Source: Candidatus Shapirobacteria bacterium
Lineage (GTDB): Bacteria > Patescibacteriota > Microgenomatia > UM-FILTER-40-11
Assembly: GCA_020059745.1 (NCBI GenBank)
Contig: JAGVBK010000002.1
Coordinates: 104,301-168,300 of the forward strand
Reading direction: 5' to 3'
DNA: 64,000 nt
The notes beneath the pieces are model-generated. The model did not search any database. It saw nothing but the letters and a program-made list of their open reading frames with translations, and was not told where the DNA came from. A program made the translations under genes and the position numbers. This document shows, one piece after another, positions 58,391 through 64,000 of this stretch; the stretch's first letter is position 1; each line of letters starts with the position of its first letter.

Positions 58391-58945
58391 TTAAATTAAA
58401 TCGCTAAGTTCTGATTCAAGCTTTTCCTTGCCCCTTTTGATGTGGGTTCTTATGGTATTAACCGGCATACCCAGGCTTTCGGCAATCTCATTATATTTCA
58501 AGTCTTCAAAATAGTATAAAAAAAGTGCTAAACGGTACTTTTCAGGCAGTTTTTGCAAGGCTTTCTGCACTCTTTCCGCTATCTCATTCCCGCAAACTTC
58601 ATCTAAAAGGTTAGTTTTCTCATCTACCACTTCCTTTTCCTGCCATTCTCCGTTTTCGTTTTTAATTTTAGGAAAAAGAAAGGTTGTTTTTGCTTTCCTA
58701 AAGCTTAAACAGGTGTTTGTGGCTACCTTGTAAGCCCATGGTTTAAACCGTGAGCCCTTGTCAAAAGTTTTAAGATATTTATAAATTCTTAAAAATATTT
58801 CGCTGGTCAGGTCTTCAGCTAAAAAGTGGTCGCCAAGAAAACGGTAAGAAAGATTAAAAAAAGGTTTGTGATAACGCCTAAAAAGCTCTCCTAAAGCTTC
58901 TTTATCGGAATTCAAAACCCTTTCTACTAATTCTTCGTCTGTCAT
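58391..58945 (-). CDS. ECF-type RNA polymerase sigma-70 factor
   Basis: Region 2 (FLRIYKYLKTFDKGSRFKPWAYKVATN) and region 4 HTH (LKYNEIAESLGMPVNTIRTHIKRG). Confidence 0.85.
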   Translation of the reverse strand: MTDEELVERVLNSDKEALGELFRRYHKPFFNLSYRFLGDHFLAEDLTSEIFLRIYKYLKTFDKGSRFKPWAYKVATNTCLSFRKAKTTFLFPKIKNENGEWQEKEVVDEKTNLLDEVCGNEIAERVQKALQKLPEKYRLALFLYYFEDLKYNEIAESLGMPVNTIRTHIKRGKEKLESELSDLI

Positions 58946-58976
58946 TAATAAAAATTAATTAAAAGGGCAGAATTTG

Positions 58977-59049
58977 TGCCGCTGGAGGGAATCGAACCCC
59001 CAACCTTTCCCTTAGGACGGGACTGCTCTATCCGTTGAGCTACAACGGC
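58977..59049 (-). tRNA. tRNA-Arg (anticodon CCT)
   Basis: Reverse complement gives acceptor GCCGTTG/CAGCGGC, D-arm GCTCAACGGATAGAGC, anticodon loop GTCCTAA, T-loop TTCGATT. Confidence 0.75.
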
Positions 59050-59115
59050 ATTTTGTCATAAATTTACGACATATGTATTTTACCTTAAATAGCCTCGGGA
59101 AACAAACCGAAAAAG

Positions 59116-59562
59116 CTAATAGCTAACCCTATCTCCTATTTCAATGCCATTTGCTTCGCACCAGCCTGAATTAACCTCAATTACTTTGTCTGCCGGTTCG
59201 CGGCTGGTATAGGTTTTCCTTGGGCTCTCAAACTCATGAGGTCCTGGCCTAGAAACGCTTTTGGCAATATCGACAATGGTTTCTCCTCTTACCCAAATAA
59301 TATCAATATCAAAATGCATCTTCCTCATCCAAAAGCCATAAAATCCAGGTTCTGGAAACAAAAAAAGCATACCGCAATCTGGGCACAAACTTTTTCTCTC
59401 CGACAAACCCTGCTGCCTTAGGCTGGACGTATCAGCAATTTCAACTTCAATTTTTTTTCCATTAATGCTTATATAGTTTTTGCCTTCAGTTTTATGATTA
59501 AAAAAAATCAGGCCAATGATCAGAAAGACAAGACCAAAAATTATAATGCGAAGCTTAGCCAT
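59116..59562 (-). CDS. DUF192 family protein
   Basis: Signal anchor. Core DUF192 motif (CPDCGMLFLFPEPGFYGFWMRKMHFDIDIIW). Confidence 0.65.
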   Translation of the reverse strand: MAKLRIIIFGLVFLIIGLIFFNHKTEGKNYISINGKKIEVEIADTSSLRQQGLSERKSLCPDCGMLFLFPEPGFYGFWMRKMHFDIDIIWVRGETIVDIAKSVSRPGPHEFESPRKTYTSREPADKVIEVNSGWCEANGIEIGDRVSY

Positions 59563-59599
59563 GCTTTAATTTTAGCATCTCGGGTGTTAAGATTTAGGT

Positions 59600-61366
59600 A
59601 TGAAGAAAATTTTTTTTGCCTTCTTGTCTTTACTACTTTTTTTCTCAAAACCCGCTTTTGCCCAAAAATACGGCTCACACCCTTACATTATAAACAACTT
59701 TGAAGCAGAAATTGACCTTAACAAAGACACTTCTTTAACTGTAACGGAAAAGATAAATACCCAGTTTAATATCCCCTCGCACGGCATTTTCAGAGTAATT
59801 CCTGTTACCTATACTGCCGGAGCCAAAACAATTAATGCAGACTTTGAAATACTTTCCCTTACTGACGAAAGCGATAATCCTGTTCCTTATGAAACAAGCC
59901 GGCTCAAGCAAAGCGTGAATATCAAAATCGGTAATCCTGACAGAGAGATAACCGGCGAAAAAACTTACCTTCTAAAATACAGAATTAAAGGCATTGTTTT
60001 AAGGTATGAGAACCACGATGAGATTTACTGGAACGTTACCGGCTGGGAATGGGACACCTGGATTGTCAAAGCCTCGGCTACCATAAATTCTCCCTATGCT
60101 GAGATTGCAAACCATCACTGTTTTGTCGGCAGTTTCGGCGAAAAAGAAACCGACTGCAGTGTTCAGAGTAGTAAAAATAAAATTGTTTTCTCCGCTAACA
60201 CCCCACTTGAGCCGGGAGAAAACCTAACTGTTGTTACCGGTCTTAACAAAAATAACCAACTTGCCTTCCCTGGCTTTTTTGAAAGGACTTTAAAAATAAT
60301 TATTGATAACTCCGGCTATTTACTGGCTTTACTGCCTTTGGCAGTTATCCTTATTGCCTGGTATAAAAAAGGCAGAGATTTAAAGTATCAATCTGATAAT
60401 GTCTATATAAAACAAGATCCGAAAACAGCTAAGGCAAAGCCTCTTTTTGCCAGAGAACACCTACCCACGGTTTACTCACCAATTGAAGGACTTACCCCTG
60501 CTGAAATCGGCACCATTCTTGACGAAAAAATGGATATGAACGATTTAATTGCTGAAATTGTGGAACTGGCCAGACTTGGGTTTTTAGAAATAAAAAAGAC
60601 AGAAGAAAAAGGGTTTTTGGTCAATAAAACCAATTATTTGTTTACTAAAAAAGGCAAATCTCCTTCAAACCTAAAGGAACACCAGAAATTGCTTCTTGAG
60701 AAGCTTTTTAATAATAAAGAAGAGGTAACCCTGGAAAGCTTAAAAAACCGTTTTTACAAACATATTCCCGCTTTTAAAGACAAAGTTTATGTTTCACTTA
60801 CTAAAGAAGAAGTTTTCGATAAAGACCCCCAAAAGGTAATTAAAAAGTGGTATTTAGTCATATTTCTTATTGGCCTTGCGGTAAGTGTGGCAATATTTTC
60901 ATTATTCCCGACACAAGGTAACCCCTTTGTGTTTGTTGTCTTGGTCTTTTCGCTGGTTGCCTCTTTTTTGGTGGTCAGACACATGCCCAGAAAAACAGGC
61001 TGGGGATACTCCCTTTATAGGCAAATAAAAGGACTAAAATATTATCTTGACAAGGGAAAGTGGCGGGAAGAAATTGCTGAAAAAAATTTGTTCTTTCAGG
61101 AAATTTTGCCTCTAAGCATTAGCCTGGGTCTGGTTCACAAGCTTTCGCGCGAAATGGCTGATTTGGGTGTTGAGCCGCCAAGTTACCTAAACGGCTTTAC
61201 CGCTGCCAGCTTTTCTTCAGACTTTAGCAGCTTTTCAAGCAGTGTTTCCGGCAACTTAGGCTCCTCTCCCAGTGGCAGATCTGGTTTTTCGGGAAGTTCT
61301 GGGTTTTCCGGAGGCGGAGGCTTCTCAGGCGGAGGTTTTGGTGGTGGTGGCGGCGGAAGATGGTAA
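59600..61366 (+). CDS. DUF2207 domain membrane protein with Gly-rich C-terminus
   Basis: Signal peptide, N-terminal DUF2207 beta-domain, three central TM helices, C-terminal SGSSGFSGGGGFSGGGFGGGGGG tail. Confidence 0.7.
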   Translation: MKKIFFAFLSLLLFFSKPAFAQKYGSHPYIINNFEAEIDLNKDTSLTVTEKINTQFNIPSHGIFRVIPVTYTAGAKTINADFEILSLTDESDNPVPYETSRLKQSVNIKIGNPDREITGEKTYLLKYRIKGIVLRYENHDEIYWNVTGWEWDTWIVKASATINSPYAEIANHHCFVGSFGEKETDCSVQSSKNKIVFSANTPLEPGENLTVVTGLNKNNQLAFPGFFERTLKIIIDNSGYLLALLPLAVILIAWYKKGRDLKYQSDNVYIKQDPKTAKAKPLFAREHLPTVYSPIEGLTPAEIGTILDEKMDMNDLIAEIVELARLGFLEIKKTEEKGFLVNKTNYLFTKKGKSPSNLKEHQKLLLEKLFNNKEEVTLESLKNRFYKHIPAFKDKVYVSLTKEEVFDKDPQKVIKKWYLVIFLIGLAVSVAIFSLFPTQGNPFVFVVLVFSLVASFLVVRHMPRKTGWGYSLYRQIKGLKYYLDKGKWREEIAEKNLFFQEILPLSISLGLVHKLSREMADLGVEPPSYLNGFTAASFSSDFSSFSSSVSGNLGSSPSGRSGFSGSSGFSGGGGFSGGGFGGGGGGRW

Positions 61367-61428
61367 ATAAACGAACGAGGGGTAGCAAAACCACAAGGCA
61401 AGAAACTGCTTTGCCACCCCTCCGGCCA

Positions 61429-61581
61429 CTACCAACCTGATACCATGGAGAGAAATGCTCCTCCCCATTCTCTCAGTAGCGGCAGAATGCCGGTAAAAAA
61501 GGTCCAAAAAAAGATTACCTCGAAAACCGCGACCCCCATCCATGCCAAGGCGCACAGCGGATCGAATCCCAGCTTTCTCAT
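61429..61581 (-). CDS. candidate small hydrophobic peptide (50 aa) in GC-rich islet
   Basis: MRKLGFDPLCALAWMGVAVFEVIFFWTFFTGILPLLREWGGAFLSMVSGW. GGGG RBS 5 nt upstream. Extended -10 TGGTATAAT at 61678-61670 on the minus strand. Hairpin with U-tract at about 61395-61425 acting as a minus-strand terminator. Too short for the supplied ORF track. Confidence 0.3.
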   Translation of the reverse strand: MRKLGFDPLCALAWMGVAVFEVIFFWTFFTGILPLLREWGGAFLSMVSGW

Positions 61582-61701
61582 TTTGCCCCTTTTGCCAGCT
61601 AGGCACTTGAGCCTGAACGACGCTTAAGTCTGACCAGACTCTTAAACCTCTTAAAAGTGCTATATAGTAATTATACCAAAAGGTATCAAATTATTGCGGT
61701 T

Positions 61702-61971
61702 TCAGGAAGTTTTCTGAGGATCGGAAGTCTTTTGAAAAGAAACATCGACCCCTGTTCCGTTGATAGGAAGATGAAGCTTAACTATATCCCCTACCTGGGA
61801 AATCCCGATTTTGCCACCATTTTTATGGACTATGATTTTTAACGCACCCATAAAAGCATCCGCTGCCTCGGGACCAAGAATTTTTTTAAAAGCTTCTATA
61901 GATTTTGCTACTCGGTCATCTTCTCTTTCCGACATATTGCTAAAATATATCCAAAAGAGCTTTAAAATCAA
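61702..61971 (-). CDS. hypothetical small protein
   Basis: 89-aa ORF. The likely start is the internal MSERED. No motif recognised. Confidence 0.3.
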   Translation of the reverse strand: MILKLFWIYFSNMSEREDDRVAKSIEAFKKILGPEAADAFMGALKIIVHKNGGKIGISQVGDIVKLHLPINGTGVDVSFQKTSDPQKTS

Positions 61972-62029
61972 CCCCCAAAATGCTAAAATTCTATTGATAG
62001 CGAGCGTAGTTCACCCGCCTGCAAAAGCT

Positions 62030-62092
62030 GACGCTTTAGCGTCTGCGGGCAGGTCGGTAGAATGCACGGTTCAGCCTGCCCGCCAACAACAA
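62030..62092 (+). other. GC-rich hairpin element immediately upstream of tRNA-Pro(CGG), homologous to the 41140-41225 element
   Basis: GACGC-ttta-GCGTC hairpin, then TGCGGGCAGG-[tcggtagaatgcacggttcag]-CCTGCCCGCC. The loop copies the TCGGTAGAACGCTCGGTTC D-arm sequence of the adjacent tRNA-Pro. Confidence 0.4.
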
Positions 62093-62095
62093 CGC

Positions 62096-62170
62096 CGGAA
62101 TGTAGTTCATCGGTAGAACGCTCGGTTCGGGACCGAGAGGTAGAGGGTTCAATTCCCTCCATTCCGACCA
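62096..62170 (+). tRNA. tRNA-Pro (anticodon CGG)
   Basis: Acceptor CGGAATG/CATTCCG, D-arm GTTCATCGGTAGAAC, anticodon loop TTCGGGA, T-loop TTCAATT, encoded CCA. Confidence 0.8.
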
Positions 62171-62194
62171 GCTTCTAAATGCTAAAATAAATAA

Positions 62195-63097
62195 ATGCCT
62201 AAAACTGTTGTAACAACTGGTAAGCGATTTTGCGATATTGACGGTCTTGCTTGTGTTGTTGCCTACAGTGAAATTCCCCAAGTTCGCCCTATTCCGGTAA
62301 TTGTTTCCACCTTAAACCACAGTATCAGTAAAGAAATAAGGCAATGGCCGCTTAACTTTTTAAAACATTATGAAGACGAGCCTGACACCAGCTATGTAAT
62401 TGTCGATGTTTCTGAGCCCGACCAATTCCCCCCCTTTGTCAAAGACGAAAGGATTATTGAAATAATTGACCATCATGTTGGTTTTGAAAATCATTGGCAA
62501 GAAAAAATCGGGGAAAAAGCAAAAATTGAAGAAATCGGTGCTTGCGCCACACAAATTTGGGAAGAATTTAAGCTTCGAAAGCCGGGAGCCAAAATGAGCA
62601 GTCTAAGCGCCAATCTTTTATATACTGCCATTTTGTCAAATACCTTAAATTTTCAGTCTTTCTGGACCACTGAGAGGGACAAGAAGGCCTTCGAAGAGCT
62701 TAAGGCATATGTTAACCTACCTCCAAACTGGATTTCCATTTATTACCTTGATCAGGAAAGAGAAATTTACCAAAAACCTGAGGTTGTTCTTAAAAACGAC
62801 ACTAAAATTCAGACCATAAAGGGAATGAAGTGTACTTTCGGCCAGATTGAGCTTTACAACAGCAGGGACTTTTTAAAACAATTCAGCGGGTTGGTGGAAT
62901 CTGTTTTAAAAGAATACGGCAGCGAAGCTTGGATTTTGTCCTCCCCCTGCATTAGCGAAGGAAGAAACTATCTCTTCACTAAAAATAAAACTTTAAAAGA
63001 CTTAATAAGCAGGGTTTTACAAGTCTCTTTCGAGGGTAATGTGGGAGTAACCAGGAAGATTTGGACCAGGAAAGAAATTCTTCAAAAAATTCAGTAA
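62195..63097 (+). CDS. DHH family phosphoesterase (family II inorganic pyrophosphatase-like)
   Basis: N-terminal DxD context (CDIDGLACVVAY) and IIDHH motif. About 300 aa, typical of PpaC-like enzymes. Confidence 0.5.
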   Translation: MPKTVVTTGKRFCDIDGLACVVAYSEIPQVRPIPVIVSTLNHSISKEIRQWPLNFLKHYEDEPDTSYVIVDVSEPDQFPPFVKDERIIEIIDHHVGFENHWQEKIGEKAKIEEIGACATQIWEEFKLRKPGAKMSSLSANLLYTAILSNTLNFQSFWTTERDKKAFEELKAYVNLPPNWISIYYLDQEREIYQKPEVVLKNDTKIQTIKGMKCTFGQIELYNSRDFLKQFSGLVESVLKEYGSEAWILSSPCISEGRNYLFTKNKTLKDLISRVLQVSFEGNVGVTRKIWTRKEILQKIQ

Positions 63098-63141
63098 AAA
63101 GTGCTTGATAAATTTTTTTCTTCTTGGTAAGGTTATAGAGA

Positions 63142-63477
63142 ATGAAGCTGTTGCTTGATCTTTTAGTAAAAACTGCGGCAATCTTTATTTCTGCCTACAT
63201 TCTTGAGGGTGTAGTGGTCAGGGATTTTTTAACTGCTTTTATAGTTGCCATAGTTTTGGGCTTGATAAATCTTGTTATCAAACCAATCCTCATTCTGCTA
63301 ACACTACCAATAAATGTCCTTACATTGGGACTTTTTACACTTGTTATTAATGCTTTCCTTATCCTCCTTGTCGGTAGAATTGTCCCCGGTTTTACTGTGG
63401 CCAGTTTTGGCTGGGCTCTTGCCTTTGGTATTATTTTAGCTCTGGTAAACTGGTTCCTCAGCCGTATAATTAAGTAG
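63142..63477 (+). CDS. DUF360/phage-holin-4-family small membrane protein
   Basis: 111 aa with four TM helices. Matches the PF04020 family pattern along its length (LEGVxVxxFxTAxIxAxVLGLINxxIKPILxLLTLPIxxLTLGLFxLVINA). Confidence 0.65.
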   Translation: MKLLLDLLVKTAAIFISAYILEGVVVRDFLTAFIVAIVLGLINLVIKPILILLTLPINVLTLGLFTLVINAFLILLVGRIVPGFTVASFGWALAFGIILALVNWFLSRIIK

Positions 63478-63630
63478 CTTTCTCCTCTTCTATTTCCATT
63501 TAGAGAAAGTTGTGTTATAATTTCTGCTCAGATACCCTGACTTTGTCTAAGTTTCACCGTCTCTGGTTAACCTAGAGCACTAGGAAAACTCACAGAGCTC
63601 TAGGGGCCCGAGAGGAGGTGAAATTTTTAA

Positions 63631-63909
63631 ATGGCATATCAGGATCAAGTTCTTAAATGTAAAGAATGCGGTAACGAGTTTACTTGGACCGCTTCTGAGC
63701 AGGAATTCTACGCCCAAAAAGGCTTTCAGAATGCTCCCCAAAGATGTCCTTCCTGCCGTCAGGCAAGAAAACAGCAATTAAGGGGTAACCGGCAAATGCA
63801 CACTGCTGTCTGCGCTCAATGTGGTAAAGAGTGTGAAGTTCCTTTTGAACCAAGAGGTGACAAACCGGTTTACTGCAACGAGTGTTACCAACAGCATAAA
63901 AACGGTTAA
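63631..63909 (+). CDS. zinc-ribbon domain protein (two CxxC...CxxC units)
   Basis: 92 aa. CKECG...CPSCRQ and CAQCG...CNECY. Strong RBS GAGGAGGTGA upstream. Confidence 0.6.
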   Translation: MAYQDQVLKCKECGNEFTWTASEQEFYAQKGFQNAPQRCPSCRQARKQQLRGNRQMHTAVCAQCGKECEVPFEPRGDKPVYCNECYQQHKNG

Positions 63910-64000
63910 CACTTTATTGAAACAATAAACCCCGCCGACTCGGCGGGGTTTTTGGTTGGCAAAAAAGGATTGAGGAGCGTTTTTCGCGGATAAGTTTTTT

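Noticed and set aside
61385-61640. Possible tmRNA (ssrA) on the minus strand, prompted by a GGGAUUCGAUCC motif resembling the tmRNA 5' GGAUUCGAC box and a following ...UUUCGAGGUAA segment
   Set aside because: There is no 5' GGGG acceptor at the right spacing. There is no 3' T-arm (GGUUCGA...CC) or CCA-proximal acceptor complement anywhere downstream. A full-length tmRNA would have to overlap the 3' end of the DUF2207 gene. I reinterpreted the region as a small promoter-ORF-terminator unit.
63142-63477. Prophage or lysis cassette suggested by the DUF360 / phage-holin-family-4 membrane protein
   Set aside because: No adjacent endolysin, integrase, terminase or other phage genes. This family also occurs as stand-alone housekeeping membrane proteins.
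1-64000. CRISPR arrays, rRNA genes, integrases or transposases
   Set aside because: I scanned for direct repeats with regular spacing, for rRNA-like conserved blocks, and for integrase or transposase motifs (DDE, tyrosine recombinase R..HxxR..Y). None were found. The only mobile-element-like structure is the TIR element at 51800-52617.

Overview
This window looks like a low-GC (about 37-38%) compact bacterial genome, most likely a CPR/Patescibacteria-type organism. Evidence: a short 152-aa EF-Ts, lysine-rich extensions on NusG, L1 and S2, a sortase with an LPXTG-type substrate, an O-antigen-ligase-like membrane protein with TPR repeats, and many DUF-family secreted proteins. Genes are dense and mostly on the minus strand up to about 36 kb.

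Core content I can support:
- Translation and housekeeping: rpsU, a YqeY/GatB-like protein, frr-tsf-rpsB, def-fmt, rpmB, rpmG, and the secE-nusG-rplK-rplA ... rplJ-rplL operon.
- A dTMP/dNTP cluster on the minus strand: nrdD-dut-thyX-tmk-glyA-folD.
- Cell-envelope morphogenesis: topA, dprA, PBP2, mreD-like, mreC, mreB, plus a second mreB-like paralog at 54 kb.
- A glycosylation cluster: a GT2 DPM-synthase-like enzyme, a GT4 enzyme, and a 1000-aa polytopic GT-C-like membrane protein.
- Regulation: a two-component pair, and an ECF sigma factor with a putative anti-sigma factor.
- Six tRNAs: Thr-TGT, Tyr-GTA, Thr-GGT, Arg-CCT, Pro-CGG.
- Two site-2 proteases (RseP and an M50 family member), two DHH phosphoesterases, and TatD.

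The accessory content is what stands out. Several short GC-rich islets (50-58% GC) are embedded in the AT-rich backbone:
1. 8.07-11.16 kb: three secreted or membrane proteins.
2. 11.2-16.9 kb: a tandemly duplicated sortase plus LPXTG/DUF11 surface-protein module, followed by a VirD4/TrwB-like coupling-type ATPase.
3. 16.9-17.7 kb: two homologous ORF-free minus-strand transcription units, each with promoter-like sequence and an intrinsic terminator. These are candidate ncRNAs or leaders.
4. 50.2-50.5 kb: a 335-bp GC-rich structured noncoding block upstream of rplJ, next to an antisense PP2C phosphatase gene inserted between rplA and rplJ.
5. 51.80-52.62 kb: an 818-bp GC-rich element with perfect 15-bp terminal inverted repeats and subterminal hairpins, carrying a 197-aa ORF. 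It sits right after the rplL terminator, where rpoB would normally be.
6. GC-rich hairpin elements upstream of tRNA-Thr and tRNA-Pro that mimic tRNA D-arm sequence, plus tRNA fragments.
7. Small GC-rich cassettes encoding short membrane peptides.

I found no rRNA and no CRISPR array. Every product assignment rests on motif recognition by eye. None was verified by a database search.
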